From the IMG/VR virus record IMGVR_UViG_3300041955_000884, positions 32,001-96,000 of that record: 64,000 nucleotides of DNA; one strand, given 5' to 3'. Made by a program: the position numbers and the translations under genes. A model generated the notes under the pieces. That model saw only the letters and a program-made list of their open reading frames with translations. It did not search any database and had not been told where the DNA came from. Source of the stretch: a virus. This document shows, piece by piece, positions 19,776 to 29,189 of this stretch; position 1 is the stretch's first letter; each line of letters starts with the position of its first letter.

Positions 19776-20570
19776 TCAGTACCGCAGACCGCAGGGATAC
19801 GTGACGCTGTCCCAGCCGCCGTAGCCGCCATATTGGCCCACCGGCCCGGCATTCCAGGCGTTGTTGTATCCGCTCGTGAAGCGCGCGCGCAGCCAGTCCG
19901 GCGAGTGGTCGATCGACGGAATCCCTTCCGCCCCGTTGGCGACGCGGGCTTGGTCGAGGATGGAGGAGCAGGTGGCGACTTGGGCGTTGTATTGGGCCTG
20001 GTTTCTGGCCAGCGCGTTGATGAAATAGGCAGCCAGGTAGGCGGTCTCGGCGTCGAGGAACAGTTTGTCCCAGGTATCTGGAATCATCGAAAGGTCGCGG
20101 GTATAGACGAGCTGAGCATTCGGTAGGTTGCACAGCAGCACGCGAATCGGATTATTGTTTGCATCTACGTCCGTCCCCGGAATGAACGGAATGCCAGTCG
20201 GCACCGGGGGCACGCGAGCGATGTTCGTCGGCGTGGTCGTCAGCGGAGTGCCTGGCGGTGCCACAGGGATGGTCGGCAGCACGAAGCGGGCCTTCAGACA
20301 ATCTGGTGGATACAAATAACTGAAGAGCCAAGGCTGTGGCGGCGGATTGCTGCTGGCGACGCCGTTGGTGATGGCCTCTTTCCAGACGGTGAGCGTGATC
20401 TGCGCTCGTGCGAAGTCCCAATTAGCCGCCCTCAAAAGCGCTTGGGTTTTTGGCAAGTAGAACGTGCGGGCAATGATGGCCTGCGCGCTCGTGTCATTCG
20501 TCAGGCTATTCACGAAAACGCGACTGCCTTGTTCCGCGAGCGCGACGTTTATTACGTCCGTTGGAGTCAC
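19776..20570 (-). CDS. Tail tubular protein A (adaptor)
   Basis: DVINVAL..G, LLRAANWDFA, W.FSY.YPPDCL, PDWLRAR; position upstream of nozzle. Confidence 0.85.
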   Translation of the reverse strand: MTPTDVINVALAEQGSRVFVNSLTNDTSAQAIIARTFYLPKTQALLRAANWDFARAQITLTVWKEAITNGVASSNPPPQPWLFSYLYPPDCLKARFVLPTIPVAPPGTPLTTTPTNIARVPPVPTGIPFIPGTDVDANNNPIRVLLCNLPNAQLVYTRDLSMIPDTWDKLFLDAETAYLAAYFINALARNQAQYNAQVATCSSILDQARVANGAEGIPSIDHSPDWLRARFTSGYNNAWNAGPVGQYGGYGGWDSVTYPCGLRY

Positions 20571-21247
20571 GCAGCATTCTCCTTTCGCTTAGCGCGGTCG
20601 AGATACGCTGCCGCAGCACGCAGCAACTCGGCGTCATCGCGAAGAAGTCCGATTCCCGTGTTGCAGCCGCTGCACAGAATTCCTCTGTTCGCACCAGTCA
20701 TGTGGTCGTGGTCAACGTGACACTGGCGAGTAGCGACCGAAAGCGGCTGCTGGCAAATCGCGCAGCAGCCCCCTTGTTCGGCGAGCCACGCCGCGATTTC
20801 GTGCACGCTCATGCCGTACCTGCGCTTACGCGCTGAATCAACCGAGCGCTTGCTCGCCAAGGCGCGGTTGTCGCCCTTATCGCGCCAGCGTGTCATCGCC
20901 TCTCTGTTGCAATCCTTGCAGCGATAGGCGTAGCCAGTCGGAGACTCGGTCAGGCGAGGGAAATCTGACAAGGCCTTCTCGACACGACATACGGTGCAGA
21001 CCCGCCGTCCTGTGCGAAAGAGCGCGTGGGCGGCGGCCCTTTTTGCTACGTTCTCCGGCTTTGCTCGGCTTATTCGAGGCTGCCCAGCGCGCCACATGCG
21101 CATGCACTCGGCTACGCATGCCTTGCACCGCGACGAGTGCCCGAGCGCGCCGTCCTTGGCCGGCGAAAATTCTGTCAACGATCTCCAGACACCGCAGCGC
21201 GAGCAGGCGCGCTTGCCGTCAACGAGAACGACGAATGGCCTCGCCAT
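20567..21247 (-). CDS. Endonuclease VII-family homing endonuclease
   Basis: Two CxxC zinc repeats; CAIC..VDHDH.TG..RGILC..CN.GIG. Confidence 0.9.
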   Translation of the reverse strand: MARPFVVLVDGKRACSRCGVWRSLTEFSPAKDGALGHSSRCKACVAECMRMWRAGQPRISRAKPENVAKRAAAHALFRTGRRVCTVCRVEKALSDFPRLTESPTGYAYRCKDCNREAMTRWRDKGDNRALASKRSVDSARKRRYGMSVHEIAAWLAEQGGCCAICQQPLSVATRQCHVDHDHMTGANRGILCSGCNTGIGLLRDDAELLRAAAAYLDRAKRKENAA

Positions 21248-21363
21248 GGTCGGACGCTCCGAGATGAATGTGAGCGTCATTATAGCGCACAAGCCATTGA
21301 AACGCCATCGCTTTCAGCCCTGCGCGGGCGCTGGACCGCTGCCGGTATCTGTCCGCAGCGCCA

Positions 21364-21912
21364 TCATGAGGCCCCCGTGAGCGCGAAGATGGAGAAGTTG
21401 GCGTTGTAGACCGTGACCTGGCTCCCGCCCTGCGTGGTGTCCTCGACGCGGAGGTCGTACCTGTCGCCGACAACGGCGCCATCTATGCCCACGATCGTGC
21501 TGGAGACGGCCTTGTTGGCCGTCAGGACATCCGTGGCCACGATGTGGTCCGGGATGGGGCTGTTGTTCTTGAAGATGCCGAACCGGATGCCGTCGGTGTT
21601 GTTGCAGGACCAATTCACCATGCACAGCGTCACGAAGGTGCCGGCGATGTTGACGAGAACGGAACCCGTGGCGAGGCTCGTCACCGCGTTGACCGGCGCC
21701 TGGTCCTGCGTCCAGCCGGCCGTCCATTGGTAATACGCGCTCGCCGTGGTCATCGTCAGCGAAGCGGTGTTCCCGTTGACGGTGATTTCGGCGAAGGCGA
21801 GCGTACCGGCGAGCTTGCCGGCCGTCGCCTGCACTGTGGTCGCGGAAGGCTCGCCAGCCGCTGAAACCGGCACGATGGTGATCAGGTCCTGCGGCTGCAC
21901 ATCGTACGCCAT
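21364..21912 (-). CDS. Putative virion structural protein
   Basis: Beta-rich T/A/V composition; in structural operon. Confidence 0.6.
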   Translation of the reverse strand: MAYDVQPQDLITIVPVSAAGEPSATTVQATAGKLAGTLAFAEITVNGNTASLTMTTASAYYQWTAGWTQDQAPVNAVTSLATGSVLVNIAGTFVTLCMVNWSCNNTDGIRFGIFKNNSPIPDHIVATDVLTANKAVSSTIVGIDGAVVGDRYDLRVEDTTQGGSQVTVYNANFSIFALTGAS

Positions 21913-21914
21913 GG

Positions 21915-22412
21915 CTACCGCCCATCGGTTTCCATGGTTGGGCGCGCCTCTGCGACGTACTGCGCGAGACCGGCGTCCCAGACGAGGACGGTCCCGTCGG
22001 GCGCGGTGATGCGGAGCAGGTTGCCCGTTGGCTCGGGGCCAAGCGGGATCTCCGGTTCCGTCGCCGGCACGGGCGCGGCCTTATCGAACGCGAAGTAGAC
22101 GACGTTGGATGGCTCGTCTGGTTTCGGCTCTGCGGCAGCGCGCTGCGGACGCAGGCTTTCCTCCTCGAGGGCGCGAATCTGCGCCTCGGAACTCTTTACG
22201 TACTGCGTGACGAAGCTCGGCGTGTTACGGAGCGTCTCGTCGCGGGCCGGTTGCGCTGCGGCGAGCACGGCAGGCGCCGCGGCCTCATCCTCGGCCCAGA
22301 CATCGACCATGTGCGCGCCAGGAACGACCTTGTCGCTGCACAGCACCTCGTCGCCGGCCTCGATGAGGCGGCCGTCGTGGAAGCCGCGCTTCGTCCAGCG
22401 GTAGAGCCTCAC
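21915..22412 (-). CDS. Hypothetical head-region protein
   Basis: Coupled ORF; shares RDETxRNTPSFVTQ with 25561-26232. Confidence 0.65.
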   Translation of the reverse strand: MRLYRWTKRGFHDGRLIEAGDEVLCSDKVVPGAHMVDVWAEDEAAAPAVLAAAQPARDETLRNTPSFVTQYVKSSEAQIRALEEESLRPQRAAAEPKPDEPSNVVYFAFDKAAPVPATEPEIPLGPEPTGNLLRITAPDGTVLVWDAGLAQYVAEARPTMETDGR

Positions 22413-22660
22413 TGGCCGGTCTCCATCATCGCTCGGACGTGCCCGACCGGAGACAAAACGAAACCGCCGAGGCGCTCGGCGCCGTACCCAGCCGCGATTA
22501 GCTCGGCCTTCATCTCGGCTGTCATTACCGGCTGAAGCAGCTTGTTCACACCCATCTGACGCAGCGCGGCGGTCGTGGCGTCGGAAAGCGGCGTCTGGAG
22601 CTTCTGGCGGCTCGCCGGGGCGAGGCGGTCAACGATGAGGGCCGACAGCGCGGAAGGCAT
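22409..22660 (-). CDS. Hypothetical protein
   Basis: Overlapping start/stop with both neighbours. Confidence 0.6.
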   Translation of the reverse strand: MPSALSALIVDRLAPASRQKLQTPLSDATTAALRQMGVNKLLQPVMTAEMKAELIAAGYGAERLGGFVLSPVGHVRAMMETGQ

Positions 22661-22998
22661 TACTCCTCCTCGCCGTCGGGCGCTTCCTCAGTGGTCTCGT
22701 CCTCGATACTCAGGTCCGTGATTGCGAGTTCCAGGCATTCCTCGCGGCCGGCACCCGTCGCGTTCTGCTTGATGCCCGTCACTTTGGCGAGGCCGGAGAT
22801 ATGGATGGTGTCGCCGATGGCCACGTCCTCGTCGAGCTCGATGTTGAGCTTGTCGAGCTCCGTTTCGGTAAGCCGGATGCAGAGGCCGTAGGGGACGTCA
22901 GGCATGGACGAGAGGGCCGGGGGCATCTCGTTTTTCAGCCGCTCCTGCGCCTTCTCGGCGTCAGAACGCTCCATCGAAACCATTTTCCTAAAGGACAT
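22660..22998 (-). CDS. Bbp20-like capsid staple protein
   Basis: PYGLCIRL...ELDKL...GDTIHI...AKVT...ELAITD pattern. Confidence 0.7.
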   Translation of the reverse strand: MSFRKMVSMERSDAEKAQERLKNEMPPALSSMPDVPYGLCIRLTETELDKLNIELDEDVAIGDTIHISGLAKVTGIKQNATGAGREECLELAITDLSIEDETTEEAPDGEEE

Positions 22999-23645
22999 CA
23001 GCTCACCCCGTCGTGCGAAATGAGATAGGCCTTCGCCGCGTCAAGGAGCGCGACGCTGTCCTGAAGTGCACCGAGGCCGGAGTTGCACTGGCGACAAAGG
23101 ATGCCGCGGACCTTTCCCGTCCGGTGGCTGTGATCAACGCATGTGTGGCGCGAGGAGCGCTCAAGGTTGCCTTTGCATACCGCGCATCTGCCGCCCTGGG
23201 CATCAAACAGGGCATGGAAGGCATCTGGCGTAATGCCGTACTTCGCTGTGCGGCGCTTCAACTGGTTGCGTTCAGCATTCTGCTCATTAGCTTCTGCCGT
23301 CCGCGCGGCCGCACAAGGCTTGCATACGTTCAGCCTGCCGAACTTGAAGCCCGCTGACTTGTGATAGTCGGTGAGCGGCTTTTCGATGCGGCACCGGGTG
23401 CAAACCCTGGCTAGCCCGGCAATCTCCGGGGCCTCATCGTCGTGCGTCTCGTACCGGTTGTAACCAGGCCGCGCGGCTCGGCGGTCTTTGCCATATTTCG
23501 CCTCGCACAATCGGCACCACGAACGTAGTCCGCTCTTCGTCCCGGAGGAGCGCGCGAATACCGCGACCGGTAACTCGACGCGGCAATGGCCGCAGACCTT
23601 CGTCTGCGCGGGGAATTCCAGGACCTGGGCGGTAGCTTGCGACAT
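22998..23645 (-). CDS. Endonuclease VII-family homing endonuclease
   Basis: CAVC..VDHSH.TGKVRGILC..CN.GLG; own promoter TTGACG-N17-TAGTTT-N5-ATG. Confidence 0.9.
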   Translation of the reverse strand: MSQATAQVLEFPAQTKVCGHCRVELPVAVFARSSGTKSGLRSWCRLCEAKYGKDRRAARPGYNRYETHDDEAPEIAGLARVCTRCRIEKPLTDYHKSAGFKFGRLNVCKPCAAARTAEANEQNAERNQLKRRTAKYGITPDAFHALFDAQGGRCAVCKGNLERSSRHTCVDHSHRTGKVRGILCRQCNSGLGALQDSVALLDAAKAYLISHDGVS

Positions 23646-23693
23646 GCGCGAAACTATCCTAATTTGGCAAGGACGTCAACGCCTTAGCTGGCG

Positions 23694-24218
23694 TCAGCCG
23701 TTCTTCTCGCGCGGTGGCTCGGTGCCGCCCTTGCCCTCGGGCTTCTCGGTGATGCCTCCGGTCGGGCCCGTGCCGCTCTCGCCGCCGAAGTGGCGCTCGT
23801 GCATTTCGCGATGCTCGCCCTCGTGACGGGTGTGCATCCGCTGCAGCTCCTTGTGGTGGCGCTCGGCCATCGCCTGGTGCGTCTCGTGGTGGTGGCCAGC
23901 CTCGCGCATGGAATGCTCGTGCTGGTGGCGCACGTGCATTTCGTGCCGCTCGTGCGCATGACGGGCGTGCATCTGGTTGCGCTCGTGGGCGTGGTGGTGG
24001 GTCTCAACCCCAGCGGTTCCGGCCATCACATCTCCTTTGGCGTTGCCGCCTTCCTTCATGGTTCCTTCGGCCCGCGGCGGCTTCGCGGCAGCGGCCGCGG
24101 CCTCAGCCTCGTGGCCGGACTTGTTGGTGTCGCCCTCGCCAGCGACGGCCTTTTCCTTGATGCGCGGCGACTTGCCGTAGAGCTTGCCGGCGCCCTTCTT
24201 CGTCTTCTCTTCGGCCAT
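23694..24218 (-). CDS. His-rich small protein
   Basis: Repeated ExxxMHxRH units; ATG 24218 coupled to upstream stop. Confidence 0.75.
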   Translation of the reverse strand: MAEEKTKKGAGKLYGKSPRIKEKAVAGEGDTNKSGHEAEAAAAAAKPPRAEGTMKEGGNAKGDVMAGTAGVETHHHAHERNQMHARHAHERHEMHVRHQHEHSMREAGHHHETHQAMAERHHKELQRMHTRHEGEHREMHERHFGGESGTGPTGGITEKPEGKGGTEPPREKNG

Positions 24219-24559
24219 CAGTCCCTCCCAACCGTCTTCGGACGGTAGAGCTTCGAGGCCCGCGACTTCTCTTTGCTGCCGCCGATGGGCGGCTCCCCGA
24301 GCTCTTTCGCGCGCTTGTTGATCCACGCGCGGGCGGGCCCGGGATTCTTGGCGCGCCCGATATCGTGCTTGGCATTCGCGAGGTCGGAGGCGTTCCTGAT
24401 GGGGAAGCGGCCGCCAGGCATCGACTCGCCCTTGGACTCCGCCTCGCGACGGGCATTCGCGCTCACGCTGCCGGATTCGGTCCGGAAGGAGTGCGTGCCC
24501 TCACCCAGACCGTGGGAGTGCTTCTTCACGACGGTGCTCAGCTTGCGCTTCTCAGCCAC
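24218..24559 (-). CDS. Small basic phage protein
   Basis: MPGGRFPIRNASDLANA...GRA...I.KRAKELG motif seen in phage head-region proteins. Confidence 0.75.
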   Translation of the reverse strand: MAEKRKLSTVVKKHSHGLGEGTHSFRTESGSVSANARREAESKGESMPGGRFPIRNASDLANAKHDIGRAKNPGPARAWINKRAKELGEPPIGGSKEKSRASKLYRPKTVGRD

Positions 24560-24749
24560 GGGCGATGCCTTTCGCCTTGTAGAGACGCGATGCGCGGGAC
24601 TTCGCTGGCTTCGGCGCCTTGGCCGGCAGCTTGCCGCCCTGGTCCGCGGCCATGAACTCCTTGCCGACGGACGGCGGGATTCCGAGCTTGGACTTCCCTT
24701 CCATCGCGCTGGCCATCGCGGCTCGCTGTGCGGTTGACACCGGAGGCAT
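24552..24749 (-). CDS. Small conserved phage head-region protein
   Basis: MPPVSTAQRAAM...GIPPSVGKEFMAAD; ATG 24749 overlaps the upstream stop. Confidence 0.75.
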   Translation of the reverse strand: MPPVSTAQRAAMASAMEGKSKLGIPPSVGKEFMAADQGGKLPAKAPKPAKSRASRLYKAKGIARG

Positions 24750-25549
24750 CAGTTCATCGCATCCACGGTCATGAGGTTGAACGTGCTCGAGGTCGTCGCC
24801 GCCGTGTTGTTGCACGTCACGGAGATGTACAGGGCCGACGTGGTCGTGCCCGTCGTGACGGACGGCGCCGTCATGCCGGAATGCGCCGATCCGGCGATGG
24901 CGCCGTTCGACGTGACGATCTGCCCCGGGCCGCCCGTGTTGAAGACGTTCCCGGACACGTACCAGCCGCCGCTGTTGCTCGTTGTCGTTCCGGTGTCGGC
25001 CATGACGGTGCCGCCGGAGATGGTGGCCCCGGCGGTCTGTGCATTCGGCGAGAAGAACATCTTCACGCGCTTCGCGGTCGCGTCGGCCGAAAAGCTGCCC
25101 CAAGCCTGGGCCGTGATCATCCGGTTCGTGATATCCAGCGAGTTGGCGGGGATGACGTAGACGGCCACCACGATATCGGCGCCGATGAAGGCGGGATTGA
25201 TGCCCGTAGTGCCCTGGCGGAAGATGTTGCCCGCAGCGCTGGCGACAGCGGCGCCGGAGCCGAACTGCGCGCCCTCCGTGTTCGGGTTCGTGCCGCCGTT
25301 GGCGTAGTCGGCCCCGGTGAATACCCACTTTGCGGCCCCGACGGCATTGTCGTGGCATGTCCACCAGCGCAGCGCGCCGGCAGACGTATTGCACCACTGG
25401 GAGCCGACCTGGTAGTTCTGGGTGCTGTCGTTGGCGGTCGTCGGGTCCGTCGTCTGGTTAAAGGTGTCCAGGACGAGAACCTCAGCCGCGGTGGGCTGCG
25501 TGCCCGCCGACTGCGGATAGACGATCCTTGCCTGGCCGAGAAGCGCCAT
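24749..25549 (-). CDS. Putative virion structural protein
   Basis: DPTTANDSTQNYQVGSQWCN motif; T/G/S-rich. Confidence 0.7.
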   Translation of the reverse strand: MALLGQARIVYPQSAGTQPTAAEVLVLDTFNQTTDPTTANDSTQNYQVGSQWCNTSAGALRWWTCHDNAVGAAKWVFTGADYANGGTNPNTEGAQFGSGAAVASAAGNIFRQGTTGINPAFIGADIVVAVYVIPANSLDITNRMITAQAWGSFSADATAKRVKMFFSPNAQTAGATISGGTVMADTGTTTSNSGGWYVSGNVFNTGGPGQIVTSNGAIAGSAHSGMTAPSVTTGTTTSALYISVTCNNTAATTSSTFNLMTVDAMN

Positions 25550-25560
25550 TCAATCCGTCC

Positions 25561-26232
25561 TCAGGCCACCCGGCGCTCGCCGGCGGATGGCGACAGCTCG
25601 CCTTCACGCGGTGCGCGCGGTGCGGCGGTCGGCCGGTTTGCTTCGGGCCCAGTCTGCGGTGCGGCAGGCACGGCCATGGCCTTGCGCTGCTTCGGCTGGC
25701 CGCGGCGCTCGGCGGCTTGCGCCTCCGGCAGGTGCGGCATCGCCGGCACGTTGTTCAGTGGCACCGGCATCTTGATTTCCTGCGGGGCCGCATTGGCCAG
25801 CGCCTTGGCGTCTTCCAGAGCGCGGTCGAGAAGCACGCCGCGGTCGGTCATCAGGCCGAGGAATTCGCGGCCGCGAAGGGCGGCGACGTTGCGGGCGCCG
25901 ATGGAGAGGCGCTGGAGATGAACCCCCATGGCGCGCTTCGCCGGCTCGTTCTGCGGCACCATCGACGTGTCAGGCTCCTCGGTGTAGTCGAGGGTCATGC
26001 CGGCCGGGAAGTAGGTGTTGTCGAGGAAAACCGGCTCGTTGAGGAAGTAACGCGGGAGTTCGCCCTGAGGAACGGCGGCAGTGCGCTGCTCCAGCGCGGC
26101 GAGGCGCTGGCGGAGATCCTCGTTCTCGCGAGCGAGGAGTTGCGTCTCGGTGTCCTTCGAGTGCTGCGTCACAAAGCTCGGCGTGTTGCGGGCCGTCTCG
26201 TCGCGCTGGTCTGCGGTCATGTTCAAGGCCAT
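25561..26232 (-). CDS. Hypothetical head-region protein
   Basis: Follows cement gene; coiled coil plus small beta domain. Confidence 0.7.
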   Translation of the reverse strand: MALNMTADQRDETARNTPSFVTQHSKDTETQLLARENEDLRQRLAALEQRTAAVPQGELPRYFLNEPVFLDNTYFPAGMTLDYTEEPDTSMVPQNEPAKRAMGVHLQRLSIGARNVAALRGREFLGLMTDRGVLLDRALEDAKALANAAPQEIKMPVPLNNVPAMPHLPEAQAAERRGQPKQRKAMAVPAAPQTGPEANRPTAAPRAPREGELSPSAGERRVA

Positions 26233-26244
26233 GGGTCAGATACC

Positions 26245-26781
26245 TCAGGAGACCGAGAACCCGGCCGCGTATTGGCCGAGTGTGCCAGCGCTTTCCTCGG
26301 CGGCAAGGACGATGCCGGCCAGGACGGTGCCCGTTGACAGGCCGGCCGTGCCCGCGTTCGCCGAGAGAACCATGTTGAGCTGATAGTAGAGCGGAAGCGC
26401 CACGAGCTGCGCCGAGCTCGATGCCGAGCTTACGGGCCGCGACGGGACATCGAAGGTGTACTGCGTGCCCGCTCCCCAGCTCGCCGTGGTGGACGCCCCG
26501 GTCTCGTAGTAGGTCGTCCAGTGGCTGGAGTCCGTCGAGCCCTGGAACTGGACGTTGACGGCGAGGGTAGCCGACGAGGACGTGAACGCAGTCCCGACGA
26601 CCATCCGAACCTGCGGGATTTCCTGGCCCGGGCCGATGCCGAGGTCGCGGGCATTGCCAAGGTTGATGACAGTGCTCGCCGAGCTCGTGGCGAGGCCCAC
26701 CATCGTGGCGAACTCGCCCGACGTGAAGGCATAGGTGCCGCTATTGTGCCAGAAGAGCAGCGTGCTGTCGAAAAGTGCCAT
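26245..26781 (-). CDS. Capsid cement protein (Bbp16-like)
   Basis: D..LLF, STVINLG.ARDLGIG, V.TAFT, QGSTD; directly downstream of the MCP. Confidence 0.8.
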   Translation of the reverse strand: MALFDSTLLFWHNSGTYAFTSGEFATMVGLATSSASTVINLGNARDLGIGPGQEIPQVRMVVGTAFTSSSATLAVNVQFQGSTDSSHWTTYYETGASTTASWGAGTQYTFDVPSRPVSSASSSAQLVALPLYYQLNMVLSANAGTAGLSTGTVLAGIVLAAEESAGTLGQYAAGFSVS

Positions 26782-26808
26782 GGGGTGTTCTCTCTCGCTA
26801 CTCGGCGT

Positions 26809-27852
26809 TCAGGACAGGGTGCTCTCGGTGGTGAGCAGGGCGTCAACCACGCGGATGGGAATGCCGCGGAATTCCACGACAGGCTGGCCGGCGTACTCGG
26901 TCGGCCGCAGCAGCACGTTCTTGTCACGAATCGCTTGGATATCGAGCGATTCGCGCACGGTGCGGTTGCAGTAGAAGGCCGGATTGATGCCCGGAGCCGG
27001 CTCGTCCGGTGCGTCCGTCTCGATGATGCCGGAGGCCCGCTTCGTCAGTGTCGGGAAGCGGATGACAGCCTTCGACATGAGCAGGAACAGGTCCGGCGGC
27101 GTCGTGCCGAACAGGCCGACTGCAGCCGTGGTCGTGTCGATGTTCGCGATGCGGACGGCGAAGCGCCAGTCCTTCGTCACCAGGCCGGCGTTCCATTCGA
27201 AGTAGCTGGTGTACGCCGGGAACGGGTTGTTGGAAACATCGTAGCCCGGGACGATGTCGCCACGGTCCTCGAAGACGAGGCCTGCCTTCGTGCCCTTCGG
27301 GTAGATGCCGAAGTTGGTTAAGTCGCCCCAGCCGACCATCCAGAGGCTGGCGTTGGACGAGGCCGTGCCACCGGCGTTGATGGTGTTCTGGGCGTTCGTC
27401 GCGTTCGCGGTGCTGATGGTGTTGTAGCGCGGCGAGAAGCCGGTGAACTGGCTCGGCGTGGTGGCTGCGTTGCCGTACCAGAAGGTAGTCGCCATCTGCT
27501 GGCTCATGCCTTCCAGGAAGGCCGAGTCCTCGGTGAGCCGGATCTGCGCCACCTTGCCGCCTAGCTCGGCGACGCGCTTGTCAAGTTGGCTGTAGGCGGC
27601 CAGGAAGCCCAGCGTGTCCACGACCTGCGCGGTGGTCGAACGGGCGTACGGCACGCCAGCGTAGGCGACGCGCCAAGTGCCAGACGGCAGCCCGGTGCGG
27701 ACCGTGCTCTTGTGGCCGGTGTCGAGGTTCGACTCTGCCCAGGTCATGTCCTGGAAGAACTCGTTCGCCTGGCTGAGGAGCTCGGCGATGGTGTCGATCT
27801 CACCGTCGGGGTCGAGCCGGCGTGCGGCGTCCATGAGGGAGAGGAATGCCAT
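26809..27852 (-). CDS. Major capsid protein (BPP-1 Bbp17-like)
   Basis: IAELLSQAN, VRTGLPSGTWR, FTGFSPRYN, DWRFAVRIANID, FRGIPIRVVDALLTTE. Confidence 0.96.
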   Translation of the reverse strand: MAFLSLMDAARRLDPDGEIDTIAELLSQANEFFQDMTWAESNLDTGHKSTVRTGLPSGTWRVAYAGVPYARSTTAQVVDTLGFLAAYSQLDKRVAELGGKVAQIRLTEDSAFLEGMSQQMATTFWYGNAATTPSQFTGFSPRYNTISTANATNAQNTINAGGTASSNASLWMVGWGDLTNFGIYPKGTKAGLVFEDRGDIVPGYDVSNNPFPAYTSYFEWNAGLVTKDWRFAVRIANIDTTTAAVGLFGTTPPDLFLLMSKAVIRFPTLTKRASGIIETDAPDEPAPGINPAFYCNRTVRESLDIQAIRDKNVLLRPTEYAGQPVVEFRGIPIRVVDALLTTESTLS

Positions 27853-28751
27853 CAGGCAGCTCCTTGATTCGTGCCAGTGTTGCGGTAGAGACGCGCGGCC
27901 CTGCTGGCGCCAGGCACGGGCGCGCGCGGCATCATCGGCGTGACGACGCGGGCGGTTTCGGTCAGGCGGCTCGCGGCCCAGTTGACGAAGCGGAGGACCT
28001 CGAGGTGGTTGCCGGCGCCCGTCATCGTGAAGACATCACGGAGGGCGGAAAGGCGGTCGGGGCCGACCTGGGAACCGTAGAGGTCCATCAGGCCGCCCAT
28101 ACGGGTGAGGGTGGTCTCTTGGCGGTTGCGGCCGAGCTGCGGGTCGTTGCGGAAGGCTGTCTGCCATTCCTCCTGCGTCCGCTCCCACGTCTCCTTCTGG
28201 AGGCGAGTGAAGCGGTCGGCGTCCTCGCGGGCCTGGGTGACGTAGAGGTCGGCGAGCTTCTGGCGAAGGTCCGCGAAGGCGGCGTGCATCTCGGCCGGAT
28301 TGCTGAGGGCGCGAAGCTCCTGCTCAGCCACGAGGTCATCGAAGGCCGTCACCTTCGCGTCGTCGAACTTCACGCCGTCGGGGAGCTTGAGGGCCTCATA
28401 GACGGGCTTCGCCGGAGGTTCGGGCTTGGCGGCTTCCGCGGGCTTCTCGGCTTCGGCTGGCTTGGCGTCGGCGACTGGCTCCGCAGGCTTCTCGGCGGCG
28501 GGAGCCTCGGCGGGCGCTGGCTCGGCTGGCTTCTCGCCCTGGGCGCCGCTCAGTATGCTCTGTGGCGCCTCAGCGGCCGGCGCGGCTTCAGAAGAAGCCG
28601 CCGGCGCCGCGTCAGCCGCAGGCGCCGGCGCAGGTGCGTCCGCCGTAGGTCCCAGCACAGTGGCAGCGGACGGGGAGGATGGAGCGGCGGCTGGCGCGGC
28701 AGCAGCCGGAGCTACGGGGGCGGCGGAAGCCGCAGCGACTTCGTCAGTCAC
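27852..28751 (-). CDS. Capsid scaffolding protein (Bbp18-like)
   Basis: Ala/Pro-rich N-terminus; TGAGNH.EV.RF; C-terminal AARLY; upstream of the MCP. Confidence 0.85.
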   Translation of the reverse strand: MTDEVAAASAAPVAPAAAAPAAAPSSPSAATVLGPTADAPAPAPAADAAPAASSEAAPAAEAPQSILSGAQGEKPAEPAPAEAPAAEKPAEPVADAKPAEAEKPAEAAKPEPPAKPVYEALKLPDGVKFDDAKVTAFDDLVAEQELRALSNPAEMHAAFADLRQKLADLYVTQAREDADRFTRLQKETWERTQEEWQTAFRNDPQLGRNRQETTLTRMGGLMDLYGSQVGPDRLSALRDVFTMTGAGNHLEVLRFVNWAASRLTETARVVTPMMPRAPVPGASRAARLYRNTGTNQGAA

Positions 28752-29082
28752 GGTCGTTCTCGCGAACCATGCGGCCGAAATCCTCCGGGTTCACCTTGGC
28801 GAAGCGGCGCATGGCCTGGAGGCCCGCTTCACGCTCGCCAGCGAAAAATCCGTTCTCGTAGTCGGAACCCGACATAGCCACCCGTTGTTCGAAGACATGC
28901 AGCCGCTGAAGAAAGCCCCAAAGCCATTCACGTCCTCCGGGGGTCCCGAGAAGCGCCTCTTCAACCTGGCGCAGCCGGTCCTCACGAAGGCTGGCTTCCG
29001 CTTTCCGCTTCCGCTCGCCCTCAGGATCGGCGTGGTCGTAATCGCCGGGTTCGGGAGCGCTTGGCAGCGTTGGCTCGGCCAT
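28744..29082 (-). CDS. Bbp19-like protein
   Basis: LLGTPGGREWLW..L...F..GER..GL motif. Confidence 0.8.
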   Translation of the reverse strand: MAEPTLPSAPEPGDYDHADPEGERKRKAEASLREDRLRQVEEALLGTPGGREWLWGFLQRLHVFEQRVAMSGSDYENGFFAGEREAGLQAMRRFAKVNPEDFGRMVRENDRD

Positions 29083-29154
29083 GGCTGGTAAAAATGTCCG
29101 GCAAATGCCGCAAGAACAAGGATAACCGCGAGTTTCTTGCATTTCTTCGCCCAC

Positions 29155-29183
29155 TTGCGCACGACGGATGAACGCGGCATACT
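29155..29183 (+). promoter_or_regulatory. sigma70-like promoter, leaderless transcript of the plus-strand accessory operon
   Basis: TTGCGC-N17-CATACT-N6-ATG(29190). Confidence 0.6.
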
Positions 29184-29189
29184 GCGCGC

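Noticed and set aside
18250-20133. 627-aa minus-strand ORF over the MTase
   Set aside because: Shadow of the plus-strand methyltransferase, which has all catalytic motifs
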